This document shows, piece after piece, positions 31,600 to 42,164 of a stretch of 64,000 bases of DNA; the first letter of the stretch is position 1; every line of letters starts with the position of its first letter. The notes beneath the pieces were generated by a model, which searched no databases, was not told where the DNA came from, and worked only from the letters and a program-made list of their open reading frames with translations. The position numbers were made by a program, and so were the translations under genes. The DNA comes from Flammeovirgaceae bacterium (lineage in GTDB: Bacteria; Bacteroidota; Bacteroidia; Cytophagales; Cyclobacteriaceae), in the NCBI GenBank assembly GCA_021299455.1, contig JAJTGQ010000019.1, forward strand, positions 15,855 through 79,854. Direction: 5' to 3'.

Positions 31600-33216
31600 A
31601 TGAAGAACCAACTTTTAGCCACCGCCTTGTCAGTAAGTGCGCTAGTCGCGATGGGGCAAAATGAGAAGAATGTCGACTCCAAGATCACAGACGTCACCGT
31701 TTTTTTAAACAAAGCACAAGTTACCCGCGAAGTCAAGACCCGCATTGAGCCGGGAAGAGTTAACTTGGTGGTGCGTGGACTTACCTCACAACTCGATCCG
31801 GAAAGCATTCAAGTAACAGGAAAGGGGAGCTTTATTATTCTAGGTATTAGCCATCAGCAAAATTATCTGAGCGAGTTGAATATGCCCAAAAGTCTGAAGG
31901 CATTAAAGGACTCTGTGGAACAACTGCAAAAACAATTGCAGTTGGAGCAAAGTCAGAAGGAAATTCTGAGTAAGGAGGAGCAGATGTTATTGAGTAATCA
32001 AAAGATCGGGGGGACTACTCAAAACCTGACTGTAGCTGAGCTAAAAGCAATGGCGGATTTTTACAGAAGTCGCTTAGGTGATATTGTTACTTCGCGAATG
32101 AAGCAAGACGACAAGATCAAGAAAATCAATGAGCGGATAGCGAAGCTGAATAATCAAATCAATAGTCAGAATGAAATGTATGGCCGCAACACCAGCGAAA
32201 TTGTAGTGAGTATTTCTGCAGAGGCTGCTACCTCCGTTGATTTAGATGTCAACTATGTGGTGGCCAATGCCGGATGGTATCCCATCTATGACGTGAGAGC
32301 GATGAACACGAAAAGTCCGTTACAATTGAGCTACAAAGCCAACGTTTTTCAAAGTACGGGAGAAGAATGGAAGAGCGTGAAGTTGAAACTGTCAACGGCA
32401 AATCCTAACCAAAGCGGGTTAAAGCCTGAATTGAGTTCCTGGTATTTGGATTTTTATCAGCCGATTGCTTATGGGTTAGAACGCAGAAAGTACAAATCAA
32501 CGGGTGCGGTGTCCAGAGCAGCAAACATGGACGAAAAGGAAGAAATGGTCTCCATGGCTGCTCCTGCTGCAGAGTCGGTGGCAGACTATGTCTCAACAAT
32601 TCAAACCACGCTCAATACCGAATTTGATATTTCCCTTCCTTATTCGGTATTGTCTGCATCCAAGCCAACAACTGTCGATATCCGCAATTACGAAATGAAG
32701 TCTGACTACACGTATTCGGTGGCTCCCAAATTAGACAACGATGCATTCTTGTTAGCAAGAGCAACTGGTTGGGAAGAGTTTAATCTTTTGCCGGGCGAAG
32801 CCAATATTTTCTTTGAAGGCACTTTCGTGGGCAAATCATTTATTGATCCCAATAATATCAAAGATACCCTTTCAGTTTCATTGGGTCGCGATAAGCGAAT
32901 TGTGGTGAAGCGCGAGAAACTGAAAGATCTTACTTCGCGTAGCTTCATGGGCTCCAATAAAAAGGAAAGTTACGCCTATGAAATATCCATACGCAATACC
33001 AAAGGAGAGAGTATTAAAGTGATTGTTGAGGATCAGATACCGGTGTCTCAAAATACCCAAATTGAAGTGAGTGTTCAAGATATTGCAGGAGCAAAATTTA
33101 ATAAGAACATAGGCAAATTGGTTTGGGAAATGGAGCTGAAACCAAGCGAAACCAGAAAGGTCATTTATAAATTCGAGGTGAAGTATCCAAAAGATAGGCA
33201 AATCAACGGCCTTTAA
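31600..33216 (+). CDS. DUF4139 / mucoidy-inhibitor MuiA-like secreted protein
   Basis: Start set at MKNQLLATALSVSALVAMGQ (ATG 31588 is also possible). Layout: N-terminal DUF4140-like VTVFLNKAQVTR, a central coiled coil, then a C-terminal beta domain. Confidence 0.6.
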   Translation: MKNQLLATALSVSALVAMGQNEKNVDSKITDVTVFLNKAQVTREVKTRIEPGRVNLVVRGLTSQLDPESIQVTGKGSFIILGISHQQNYLSELNMPKSLKALKDSVEQLQKQLQLEQSQKEILSKEEQMLLSNQKIGGTTQNLTVAELKAMADFYRSRLGDIVTSRMKQDDKIKKINERIAKLNNQINSQNEMYGRNTSEIVVSISAEAATSVDLDVNYVVANAGWYPIYDVRAMNTKSPLQLSYKANVFQSTGEEWKSVKLKLSTANPNQSGLKPELSSWYLDFYQPIAYGLERRKYKSTGAVSRAANMDEKEEMVSMAAPAAESVADYVSTIQTTLNTEFDISLPYSVLSASKPTTVDIRNYEMKSDYTYSVAPKLDNDAFLLARATGWEEFNLLPGEANIFFEGTFVGKSFIDPNNIKDTLSVSLGRDKRIVVKREKLKDLTSRSFMGSNKKESYAYEISIRNTKGESIKVIVEDQIPVSQNTQIEVSVQDIAGAKFNKNIGKLVWEMELKPSETRKVIYKFEVKYPKDRQINGL

Positions 33217-33223
33217 AGAAATG

Positions 33224-33252
33224 AAAGCCCTGAATTTTTCAGGGCTTTTTTC
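33224..33252 (+). terminator. Rho-independent terminator
   Basis: AAAGCCCTGAA (33224-33234) pairs with TTCAGGGCTTT (33238-33248), followed by a T-run. Confidence 0.75.
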
Positions 33253-33290
33253 TATTAATATTGTTTTGTTCTTTGTGTAGAAAAAAATTA

Positions 33291-34388
33291 ATGCGCTTCA
33301 AATTATTTTTGATTTTGTGCTCCATCTCGTTATCAAGTGCGGGTCAAATAGTAAATACCGCTACGATGGACACGCTAGAGTCGACTGTGATTGGCCATTT
33401 GGCGGTAGGGGGCTACATTGATACTTATTACGGATACAACTTCGGCAGACCAGCGAACAGTAGTAATCCGTACTTCGTTTCTTCAAATCGTCATGACGAG
33501 ATGAATGTGAATTTAGCCTATATCGATTTGCGCTACCGTGCGACCAATTTTCGAGCACGCTTTGTTCCTGGATTTGGAACCTATGTAAATTCAAACTATG
33601 CTGCTGAGGCTGGCACACTAAAGAATATTATCGAAGCAAGTGTCGGCCTACGGCTTTCGGCCAAGCGAAATATATGGATGGACGTTGGCGTATTGGGATC
33701 TCCTTATACCAATGAAAGTGCTATTTCCAAAGATCATTTAATGTATACACGTTCTTTCGCGCCCGAGAATGTTCCCTATTATTTGACTGGGGTAAAAGTA
33801 AGTGTTCCTTTAAACACGAAATGGACGGCCTATTTGTATTTGCTCAATGGTTGGCAAGTCATTCAATCGAACGACAAGAACAAAGCCATTGGAACGCAAG
33901 TAGAGTTTCGGCCCAATAAAAAAATGTTGTTCAATTGGGATACCTATGTGGGAGGCAATCAAACGGCTCAAAATCCTGACTTTCGGATGCGGTACTTCAC
34001 TGATTTGTATTGGATATACAAAGCCAATGACAAATTTGATGCTACCTCATGTGTTTACATCGGGCTTCAAGAAAGGAACAATGCCTCTACTAAGAACTGG
34101 TGGACCGCAAACTTCATAGGTCGCTATCATTTTACTGAAACGCTTTCGCTTTCAGGGCGAATCGAATATTACAGCGATTCGGGCGTCCATCAATTGCCGA
34201 TCACCGGTATTGATGGTTTTAGATCGTACAGCACGGGCCTCTGCTTCAATTATCAGGCTAATCACAACGCGCTATTCCGTTTGGAAGGGCGTCAATTCTT
34301 TTCACCCGATAATCTGTATCGAGACGAAAACGCTAACCCGACCGGGAGAAGTTCATTATTAACGGCCAGTCTGACGGCCTGGTTCTAG
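33291..34388 (+). CDS. Outer-membrane porin-like beta-barrel protein
   Basis: Start set at MRFKLFLILCSISLSSAGQ. Long alternating beta pattern and a C-terminal LTAWF. Confidence 0.6.
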   Translation: MRFKLFLILCSISLSSAGQIVNTATMDTLESTVIGHLAVGGYIDTYYGYNFGRPANSSNPYFVSSNRHDEMNVNLAYIDLRYRATNFRARFVPGFGTYVNSNYAAEAGTLKNIIEASVGLRLSAKRNIWMDVGVLGSPYTNESAISKDHLMYTRSFAPENVPYYLTGVKVSVPLNTKWTAYLYLLNGWQVIQSNDKNKAIGTQVEFRPNKKMLFNWDTYVGGNQTAQNPDFRMRYFTDLYWIYKANDKFDATSCVYIGLQERNNASTKNWWTANFIGRYHFTETLSLSGRIEYYSDSGVHQLPITGIDGFRSYSTGLCFNYQANHNALFRLEGRQFFSPDNLYRDENANPTGRSSLLTASLTAWF

Positions 34389-34395
34389 CAAAACA

Positions 34396-35058
34396 TTATG
34401 GTTGGCTTTTGGAAGCAACAATCTTGAGCTTCAGCGAAATCTCATCATTTATTAAGTCGTCTTTGATGGTGCCAATGATTCCGGAATTGTAAACGATGCC
34501 CCACTTGGTACGATCGATAGTGAAAGTAGGTGTTTCCGCAACAACATACTTTTCATCGATCTTTACCTTTGCGGGAATTTCGATAGAGTTCGTCTTTTCT
34601 TTTAATGTCAGATTGCCTACTATTTTTTCTCCTGTGCTATCTGAGCGAATGCCCGTAATTTCAAAGCTGCCGAAAGGAAACTTTTCGACTTCGAAAAAAT
34701 CTTCATTTTTCAAATGGCCTTCAAGATTGGTTTTGTCTTTTCCGGTTTGGTCAAGGTTTGTGATCGAGTTGATGTTGATTTTAAAATTCCCACTGGTTAA
34801 TTGATTGTTGCTAACCGTAAACTGCCCTGCACTCAAGCGGATCGTTCCATTGTGTTGGTAGTTACCGGGCGTAGCGCCAACCCACTCAATAACACTGTTT
34901 AGGGTATCTACCAGATACACATCTCCTGTTCCATTCAGTATTGCTACTGGTGTCGCATCAGGCTTGGTTGTTTCTGTTTTCGATTTGCATGCATAAAAGA
35001 AAAGGAGAAGTGCAACAAAGGTTCCACTAACTATCAGAATACGTTTCTTTACGTTCAT
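34396..35058 (-). CDS. YceI-family (polyisoprenoid-binding) lipoprotein
   Basis: Start set at MNVKKRILIV..FYAC (lipobox). SVIEWVG, GHLKNEDFFEVEKFP and GNLTLKEKTN segments match the YceI-like domain. Confidence 0.7.
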   Translation of the reverse strand: MNVKKRILIVSGTFVALLLFFYACKSKTETTKPDATPVAILNGTGDVYLVDTLNSVIEWVGATPGNYQHNGTIRLSAGQFTVSNNQLTSGNFKININSITNLDQTGKDKTNLEGHLKNEDFFEVEKFPFGSFEITGIRSDSTGEKIVGNLTLKEKTNSIEIPAKVKIDEKYVVAETPTFTIDRTKWGIVYNSGIIGTIKDDLINDEISLKLKIVASKSQP

Positions 35059-35145
35059 AAGATTTATTTTTTTTTTCAAATGTCGAATATATTTTCGAGG
35101 CAATCCTTAATTATTTTTAAAGAAACCGTTAATGAGTTGTTAAAA

Positions 35146-36066
35146 CTAGTCGCTACTGGCAAGCACACCTTCTTTCAGGGAATAGGCAGAAACCCGGATT
35201 GATTTGAAGAGGTGTTTTTTCAAGAGAAATTGAATGAGACAGGAGGCAACCACAATCATATCTACTCTCATCTCGATCATGCCGGGAATAGCCAGTCGTT
35301 CTCTTCTTGGTTTGTATAGCAGTTCATCGAAGATTGTTTCAAAGCCTGCAATGGTTAGTGGGGTTTCCGGCTCTTTGGGAAAAGGCAACCCTTGCTTGTG
35401 GCAATATATTTCGCTTAGCGTATCGAACGAACCTGATGAGCCAACAAGCGTTTCGGGTAGATGCTTCTTTAGCTGACTAAGTAAAGGAGTAAGTTGTACC
35501 TCAAGATACTCGTTGATCTGTGCTCTTTCCTCCGGAAGTATAGGATCATGGTGCTGAAATTTTTCAATAAGACGTTGGCCTCCAATCTCCACACTTTTTT
35601 TCCAAAACATCTCGTCAGCGTTGGCTATGATAAATTCGACACTACCACCTCCAATATCCACAATTAATGATTTGGATACACCCATCGCTACAGCGGTACG
35701 CACTCCTAGGTAGATGAGTTCAGCTTCTTCCTCACCAGAAATTATTCTTACCGTGATGCCTGTTTCGATGAGGATTTTTTCAGTTAGCTCACCCCTATTT
35801 TTAGCGCTGCGCAGTGCGCTGGTACCAAAAGCGGTTACTTGGGTTACTTGCCAATTTTCTATCGTCAGTTTAAACTTTTTTAGTGCACTCAATACCAGTT
35901 CGATGGCTTCACTCGTGATAAATCCATCGTTGATTCCGCCCACGCCCATTCTGGCTGCGATTCGTTCCTGGCGTAGGGTCACAAATCTTCCCATTCTTTT
36001 TTCTGCAATCAGCAGATTGAATGTGTTGGTTCCAAGGTCGATTATGGCAATCCTTTTCTCTGGCAT
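35146..36066 (-). CDS. Ppx/GppA-family phosphatase
   Basis: ASKHA-fold motifs IAIIDLGTNTFNLLI and VDIGGGSVEF. Confidence 0.85.
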   Translation of the reverse strand: MPEKRIAIIDLGTNTFNLLIAEKRMGRFVTLRQERIAARMGVGGINDGFITSEAIELVLSALKKFKLTIENWQVTQVTAFGTSALRSAKNRGELTEKILIETGITVRIISGEEEAELIYLGVRTAVAMGVSKSLIVDIGGGSVEFIIANADEMFWKKSVEIGGQRLIEKFQHHDPILPEERAQINEYLEVQLTPLLSQLKKHLPETLVGSSGSFDTLSEIYCHKQGLPFPKEPETPLTIAGFETIFDELLYKPRRERLAIPGMIEMRVDMIVVASCLIQFLLKKHLFKSIRVSAYSLKEGVLASSD

Positions 36067-36136
36067 TTATTATTGAGTACGAAATATACATTAACTATAT
36101 TTCGGGAGGTTTACAGAAAATCAAAACTTCCTTAAA

Positions 36137-37693
36137 ATGGCGAATAAATCCTTAGAAGAGAAAAACAACGAGCTCAAACGCAAAAATGCAGAAGCTTTAT
36201 TAGGAGGAGGTGAGAAAAGAATTGAGCAGCAGCATTCTCGAGGGAAACTTTCAGCGCGTGAAAGAGTAATGCTTTTATTGGACGAAGGGTCATTTGAAGA
36301 GTTGGGGAAGTTTGTGATGCATAGGTGCAATGACTTTGGGTTGGATAAAGAGCATTATTTGGGGGATGGAGTTGTAACTGGCTATGGAACCATTGGCGGT
36401 AGGTTGGTCTACATCTTTTCCCAGGATTTTACTGTTTTTGGAGGATCATTGTCCGAGACGTATGCGGAGAAGATTGTAAAGGTGATGGATTTAGCCATGA
36501 AAAATGGAGCTCCTGTTATTGGATTGAATGATTCTGGTGGCGCGCGCATCCAAGAGGGGGTGGTTTCGCTGGGTGGGTATGCAGATATTTTTTATCGCAA
36601 CGTAATGGCCTCGGGGGTTGTCCCGCAGATTTCAGCTATCATGGGGCCTTGTGCTGGCGGAGCCGTTTACTCACCTGCTATGACCGATTTCATTTTTATG
36701 GTGGAGAAGACCTCATTTATGTTTGTGACTGGCCCTAACGTGGTAAAGACAGTAACGCACGAAACCGTAACTGCAGAAGAATTGGGGGGCGCAAGTACCC
36801 ATAGTACTAAAAGCGGGGTAACTCATTTTGCCTGCGCCAATGAAGTTGAATGCTTGAACCAAATCAAGCAGCTCTTTAGCTACATCCCACAAAATTGTGA
36901 AGACGAAGCTCCCAGGTTGGCGTACGCTGGCAAAGACGAAAAAAGACCTTCGTTAAATACTATCATTCCCGAAAACCCCAATCAACCCTACGACATGCGT
37001 GAGGTCATAACCGGCATTGTAGATGCGGATTCTTTTTTGGAGGTGCACAAAAATTTCGCTGAGAATATTGTCGTTGGCTTTGCGCGATTGGCAGGCAGAA
37101 GTATTGGCATAGTAGGTAATCAACCTGCCTGCCTGGCCGGAGTGTTAGATATTGACTCCAGTGTAAAGGCCGCCCGGTTTGTTCGGTTCTGTGATAGTTT
37201 CAATATCCCCTTGCTGGTATTGGAAGATGTACCAGGTTTTCTCCCAGGTACAGATCAGGAATGGAACGCGATCATCACGAATGGAGCTAAGTTGCTCTAT
37301 GCGTTTAGTGAAGCTACCGTTCCGCGCATCACCGTCATTACGCGTAAAGCATATGGTGGAGCTTATGACGTCATGAATTCAAAGCACATCGGGGCCGATA
37401 TGAATTATGCATGGCCTACTGCCGAAATTGCTGTGATGGGAGCACAGGGTGCTGCAGAAATTATATTTAAAAAGGAGATTTCCGAAGCTGCAGATCCGAA
37501 AGCCAAGCTTGCAGAAAAGGTAGATGAGTACACGAATAAGTTTGCCACTCCTTACCGTGCTGCGCATCGGGGTTATATGGATGAAGTCATCTTCCCTGAC
37601 CAAACCAGAGAAAAATTAATTAGGTCATTCCAGATGTTAGAGAACAAAGTAGCTGTACTGCCAAAGAAGAAACACGGGAATATTCCGTTGTAA
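36137..37693 (+). CDS. Acyl-CoA carboxylase carboxyltransferase (beta) subunit, propionyl/methylmalonyl-CoA type
   Basis: 518 aa with [31 protein letters not shown] and YGGAYDVM motifs. Confidence 0.9.
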   Translation: MANKSLEEKNNELKRKNAEALLGGGEKRIEQQHSRGKLSARERVMLLLDEGSFEELGKFVMHRCNDFGLDKEHYLGDGVVTGYGTIGGRLVYIFSQDFTVFGGSLSETYAEKIVKVMDLAMKNGAPVIGLNDSGGARIQEGVVSLGGYADIFYRNVMASGVVPQISAIMGPCAGGAVYSPAMTDFIFMVEKTSFMFVTGPNVVKTVTHETVTAEELGGASTHSTKSGVTHFACANEVECLNQIKQLFSYIPQNCEDEAPRLAYAGKDEKRPSLNTIIPENPNQPYDMREVITGIVDADSFLEVHKNFAENIVVGFARLAGRSIGIVGNQPACLAGVLDIDSSVKAARFVRFCDSFNIPLLVLEDVPGFLPGTDQEWNAIITNGAKLLYAFSEATVPRITVITRKAYGGAYDVMNSKHIGADMNYAWPTAEIAVMGAQGAAEIIFKKEISEAADPKAKLAEKVDEYTNKFATPYRAAHRGYMDEVIFPDQTREKLIRSFQMLENKVAVLPKKKHGNIPL

Positions 37694-37761
37694 GTGGTAG
37701 ACGGGGATTGGAGCGGCAGGATGTAAAAAATTAGGATAAATTTGAATGTAAAACCTTCACA

Positions 37762-38832
37762 ATGGACAAAAAAAGTAAACAATTCCTTTACGAGTATCTG
37801 AATAACGCATCACCCACAGGCTTTGAGTCTTCTGGTCAACAGATTTGGCTCAATTATATTAAGCCCTATACCAATGACTACATGATTGATGTCTACGGTA
37901 CGGCTGTGGGAATCATCAACCCAAAAGCTTCTTATAAAGTAGTGATCGAGGCCCACGCAGATGAGATCAGCTGGTTTGTTAATTATATTACCGATGATGG
38001 TTATATCTACGTCCGTAGAAATGGCGGTTCGGATCATCAGATTGCACCTAGTATGAGGGTAAATATTCATACTGAAAAGGGAATTGTTAAAGGTGTGTTC
38101 GGCTGGCCGGCCATCCACGTTCGGGATGCAGGAAAGGAAGAAGCCCCCAGTTTGAAGAATATATTCATCGACTGTGGTGCTGCCAGTAAGAAAGAAGTAG
38201 AATCGATGGGTATTCATGTAGGCACCGTCATCACTTTTGAAGCGGACTTAATGGAGCTCAATAAGAACTACCTGGTTGGCCGTGCTCTGGACAATCGTAT
38301 GGGTGGCTTTATGATTGCAGAGGTGACGCGCAGGCTCAGCGAAAACAAGAAGAAACTCCCTTTTGGGCTTTATGTGGTCAATGCGGTTCAGGAAGAAATC
38401 GGATTGCGAGGTGCTGAAATGATTTCGCGCAAAATAAAGCCTGATTTGGCCATTTGTACGGATGTGACCCACGATACCCAGTCACCCATGTATAACAAGA
38501 AGGAGAGCGGCAATTTAAAGTGTGGTTTGGGTCCAGTAGTGTGTATCGGCCCTGCCGTTCAAAACAACGTTCTTAAAATGATCACACAAACTGCTGAGAA
38601 GAAGAAGATTGCCTTCCAGCGCCAGGCAGTATCCAGATCTACTGGTACCGACACCGATTCCTTTGCGTATTCTGCCGAAGGAGTGGCCTCGGCCCTGATT
38701 TCGCTCCCTCTTAAATATATGCACACAACGGTGGAGACCGTCCATAAAGATGATGTGGAGAATGTAATTAATCTGATTTATGAGGTTCTATTACAAGTTA
38801 AGCCCAATTTTGACTACAGATACATCCGTTAA
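37762..38832 (+). CDS. M42-family metallo-aminopeptidase
   Basis: 356 aa. SPTGFE, HADEI, ALDNRMG and QEEIGLRGA motifs are characteristic of M42/FrvX. Confidence 0.8.
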   Translation: MDKKSKQFLYEYLNNASPTGFESSGQQIWLNYIKPYTNDYMIDVYGTAVGIINPKASYKVVIEAHADEISWFVNYITDDGYIYVRRNGGSDHQIAPSMRVNIHTEKGIVKGVFGWPAIHVRDAGKEEAPSLKNIFIDCGAASKKEVESMGIHVGTVITFEADLMELNKNYLVGRALDNRMGGFMIAEVTRRLSENKKKLPFGLYVVNAVQEEIGLRGAEMISRKIKPDLAICTDVTHDTQSPMYNKKESGNLKCGLGPVVCIGPAVQNNVLKMITQTAEKKKIAFQRQAVSRSTGTDTDSFAYSAEGVASALISLPLKYMHTTVETVHKDDVENVINLIYEVLLQVKPNFDYRYIR

Positions 38833-38934
38833 AAAGGGCTTTTTCTACGTTTTTTAAACTTTGAAGGCACAAAAGCTCCTTCTTTTAGCTTGAAGGATCA
38901 AAAAATCTTACACTCGATAGTATTCGAACAACTC

Positions 38935-38969
38935 AGACCCCTCTAGTTTTCTGGAGGGGTCTACTTTTG
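38935..38969 (+). promoter_or_regulatory. Strong hairpin overlapping a -7-like box upstream of the first YfiR-like gene
   Basis: AGACCCCTCTAG (38935-38946) pairs with CTGGAGGGGTCT (38951-38962), with one G-U pair and a TTTT loop. It is followed immediately by TACTTTTG (38962-38969). It could be the terminator of the M42 gene, the promoter of the next gene, or both. Confidence 0.45.
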
Positions 38970-38994
38970 CATCACTAAACAACAAAAAAACACA

Positions 38995-39510
38995 ATGAAA
39001 ACAGTTAAAGTCCTTTTTGTCGCTTCACTCCTTTTTGTAAGCGGTGCATCGTTCGCTCAAGACCGTCCCGTTCATGAAATTTACACCATGATGGTGTTCA
39101 ATTTCACCAAGTATGTTCAATGGCCCGATTCAGACAAGCCAGGTGAATTTGTAATCGGTGTTATTGGAAATGAAGATGTGTATAAGACACTCACTACCTG
39201 GTACAACGGCAAGACCAAGGGTGCTAAGACCTATGTAATTAAAAAATTTAGCAATGCTTCAGAGGTGTCCGATTGTGCAGTGGTGTATATCGATAAAAGC
39301 AAAAGTGGGGAATTTGACGCGGTCAATTCCAAAGTAAAAGGCAAGGGAACCTTGGTTGTAACTGACCGGAATGGCTTAGGCGCAAAAGGAAGTTGCATTA
39401 ATTTCAAGACCGTGGATGAAAAGCTAAGAATAGAACTGAATCAAAAAGCAATAGAAACAGCCAATTTGAAGGTTTCTAGTGCCCTGACATCAATGGCTAT
39501 ATTAATCTAA
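38995..39510 (+). CDS. YfiR-like / DUF4154 periplasmic protein, copy 1
   Basis: 171 aa with a signal peptide. NFTKYVQWP, GEFVIGV and KGSCINF segments are typical of DUF4154. Confidence 0.7.
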   Translation: MKTVKVLFVASLLFVSGASFAQDRPVHEIYTMMVFNFTKYVQWPDSDKPGEFVIGVIGNEDVYKTLTTWYNGKTKGAKTYVIKKFSNASEVSDCAVVYIDKSKSGEFDAVNSKVKGKGTLVVTDRNGLGAKGSCINFKTVDEKLRIELNQKAIETANLKVSSALTSMAILI

Positions 39511-39557
39511 ATTCATATTTTTATATATAACTTTGAGGTGTTCTAAATAGTTGTGAA

Positions 39558-40070
39558 ATGAAAAGATTATTGATAGTTAGTTTAATGCTAGTGGCCGGTA
39601 CTGTTGGGTTTTCGCAAACCGAAAAGCCGATGTATGAGATTCATGCGCAAATGATCTATAATTTCATCAAGTATATTCAATGGCCTAATGATACTGAGCC
39701 CGGAGAATTTGTGGTTGGTATTGTTGGAGAGGATGATGTTTTCAATACCCTCAAGAATTATTACGATGGTAAGCCGAAAGGTGCAAAAAAGTACTCGATC
39801 AGGAAATTATCTGGTGCGGAAGAGGCGGCTAGCTGCAATGTGGTTTACATTGGAAAAAACAAAGGTGGGCAGTTTGACAATATAAAGAATGCTGTTTCCG
39901 GAAAACCCGTTTTAACAATTACGGATAGCTCGAATCTTGGGAAGAAGGGGAGTTGCATCAACTTTAAAGTGTTAGACGGAAAACTTAAGTTTGAATTGAA
40001 TCAAGCTTCGGTAACCGCTTCTACCTTAAAAGTGGCAAGTCAATTAAGCAGCATGGCGATTTTGTTATAA
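39558..40070 (+). CDS. YfiR-like / DUF4154 periplasmic protein, copy 2 (tandem paralog)
   Basis: 170 aa, collinear with copy 1 and roughly half identical by eye (NFIKYIQWP, GEFVVGIVGEDDV, KGSCINFKV, LSSMAILL). Confidence 0.7.
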   Translation: MKRLLIVSLMLVAGTVGFSQTEKPMYEIHAQMIYNFIKYIQWPNDTEPGEFVVGIVGEDDVFNTLKNYYDGKPKGAKKYSIRKLSGAEEAASCNVVYIGKNKGGQFDNIKNAVSGKPVLTITDSSNLGKKGSCINFKVLDGKLKFELNQASVTASTLKVASQLSSMAILL

Positions 40071-40080
40071 GAGAGTAGGA

Positions 40081-40848
40081 ATGGTTTTTATCGACCATTT
40101 ACATCGGGAAGTAGAGATCCCTTATCCACCAAAACGTATCATATCATTAGTTCCGTCTCAGACGGAACTTTTGTTTTTTCTGGGCCTTTCGGATCGGGTA
40201 GTGGGCATTACGAAGTTCTGTGTTCATCCGCCAGAGTGGTTTACAAGCCTGCCGAAGATTGGGGGTACCAAGAACTTTAGATTCGATGTAATCGATCAGC
40301 TTAGACCTGATTTGATTATTGGGAACAAAGAGGAAAATTACCTGGCTGGTATATCTGTCCTTCAGGCAAAGTATCCGGTTTGGATGACCGATGTGTCGTC
40401 CTACCAGGAGGCTCTTCAAATGATTGTATCAGTTGGTGCTTTGACTGACAAAGAACAGCAAGCTGCCTCGCTCAGAAATGAGATCGAGGCAAGATTTCAA
40501 AAGTTGTCCCTTAAAACCCCCAGACGTGTTCTATACCTTATTTGGCGTCAACCTTGGATGGCGGCTGGTAAAGGCACTTTTATAGATAGCATGCTTTCCA
40601 AGATCGGATTAGTGAACGTATTGGAAGAAACAAGATACCCGACCTTGTCAGAAGCCCAACTTCAGCAGCTGCAACCAGAACTAATCTACCTTTCTTCGGA
40701 ACCATATCCGTTTCAACAAGAGCATATCCGTGAGTTACAGACGGTTGTTCCAAAGGCGGAAGTCACTTTAGTGGACGGAGAGTTGTTTTCCTGGTATGGA
40801 AGTAGAATGCTATTGGCTCCAGATTATTTTGCTTCCCTCACAAACTAG
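40081..40848 (+). CDS. BtuF/TroA-like (cobalamin or iron-complex binding) protein without a signal peptide
   Basis: 255 aa. KRIISLVPSQTELLFFLGL..VVGIT, DLIIGN and LIYLSSEPY segments are typical of helical-backbone periplasmic-binding-protein folds. No N-terminal hydrophobic leader. Confidence 0.65.
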   Translation: MVFIDHLHREVEIPYPPKRIISLVPSQTELLFFLGLSDRVVGITKFCVHPPEWFTSLPKIGGTKNFRFDVIDQLRPDLIIGNKEENYLAGISVLQAKYPVWMTDVSSYQEALQMIVSVGALTDKEQQAASLRNEIEARFQKLSLKTPRRVLYLIWRQPWMAAGKGTFIDSMLSKIGLVNVLEETRYPTLSEAQLQQLQPELIYLSSEPYPFQQEHIRELQTVVPKAEVTLVDGELFSWYGSRMLLAPDYFASLTN

Positions 40849-42100
40849 TTGTTTCAAAACCTACCGAATTCATATCTCGCCAAAAACCAGGATACGATTT
40901 GTTTACAACTTCTGGCGATTCAATCTTCAAATCTTTGATTGTTGCTAATGGAGCAAAACCCATGGCCATGCGATGGTCGTGATAAGTTTGAATAGTGATT
41001 GATTGAGTGGGAATTCGACCCGGTTCCAGTTTCCAGTTTCCGGTGGATGGCTCGCTCAAGGTGGCACCGATTTTTTGCAGTTCATTCTGAAGCGCTGCAA
41101 TACGATCTGTTTCCTTTATCCGGAGGCTCTCCAACCCGGTAAAATCGCCCGGTATCCCTTTTGCCGCGCAAACTGGCAATACTGTTTGTGCTAGATCGGG
41201 GCAATCTTTAAAATCCCAGGTCAGATTTTTGGCGGCCTCCTTTTTAGAAAGTAGCGCATTCCCGTTTTTGAAAATAGTTTGAACACCTAGGTGGTTCATG
41301 ATATCAACAATCACCCTGTCGCCCTGCAATGACTTTTCAGAGACTTTCGGAAGAGTTAGTTCAGCCTGTTTTGCCAATGCGACAAACGCAAACCAATAGC
41401 TGGCGGATGACCAGTCTGCTTCTACTACTACTACCGCTTTTTTGAATCTTGAATGTTGAATCTTGATGAGCCCTTTATCAAAATCCAAAAAGGTCTCCAC
41501 GCCAAACTGTTTCATCAGTTCTGCCGTCATTCGGATGTAGGGTACACTGCCAATTTTTCCCTGTAAGTGGATTGTCAACCCTTTTGGCAGAATAGGTGCC
41601 ACCATCATTAGTGCAGAGATGTATTGACTACTCACATTGCCTGGTATTGCCAATTGATCGGCCAGTTGGCCACTGAAGCCCTTTGTTTCAATGGGTGGAA
41701 ACCCCTCCTTTTCTATATAGTCGATCGAAGCTCCAATTTTCCGTAAAGCATCCACCAATAATGCAATAGGCCTTTCCTTCATTCGATCTGTTCCCGTCAT
41801 TACTTTGTTTTTTCCGGATAGGGCAAAATAAGCGGTAAGAAATCGCATTGTTGTTCCAGCGTCCAGCACATCGATTAAGGACTCCGTGCTGTAGACTAAC
41901 CTTTCCATTAGTTGGGTATCCCTTGCAACCGACAAGTTACTAACGACCGATTGGTTATTGCTCAGCGCCTGTAGCAACAATGCCCGGTTACTAATGCTTT
42001 TGGAAGAGGATAACTCGCTGATTGTTCCTCGGAGTATAGAATTTGCTTTGATGGAGATATATGAAGTCAAGTAATCTTTCGTTTTAGAATTGGGAAACAA
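40838..42100 (-). CDS. aroA: 3-phosphoshikimate 1-carboxyvinyltransferase (EPSP synthase)
   Basis: 420 aa with SKSISNRALLL, LDAGTTMRF and DHRMAMGFA motifs. Confidence 0.93.
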   Translation of the reverse strand: MFPNSKTKDYLTSYISIKANSILRGTISELSSSKSISNRALLLQALSNNQSVVSNLSVARDTQLMERLVYSTESLIDVLDAGTTMRFLTAYFALSGKNKVMTGTDRMKERPIALLVDALRKIGASIDYIEKEGFPPIETKGFSGQLADQLAIPGNVSSQYISALMMVAPILPKGLTIHLQGKIGSVPYIRMTAELMKQFGVETFLDFDKGLIKIQHSRFKKAVVVVEADWSSASYWFAFVALAKQAELTLPKVSEKSLQGDRVIVDIMNHLGVQTIFKNGNALLSKKEAAKNLTWDFKDCPDLAQTVLPVCAAKGIPGDFTGLESLRIKETDRIAALQNELQKIGATLSEPSTGNWKLEPGRIPTQSITIQTYHDHRMAMGFAPLATIKDLKIESPEVVNKSYPGFWRDMNSVGFETTSL

Positions 42101-42164
42101 AAATTTAATGTACTTTTTTTATTTTACGTGAAACAAATTAATTTTATAATCAGTTAATGCTTGT

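Noticed and set aside
38833-38994. c-di-GMP riboswitch upstream of the YfiR-like genes, considered because of the YfiR link to c-di-GMP signalling.
   Set aside because: Neither the GGCAAACC nor the GACGCAAAGC type conserved segments of GEMM-I are present. Only a generic hairpin is visible.
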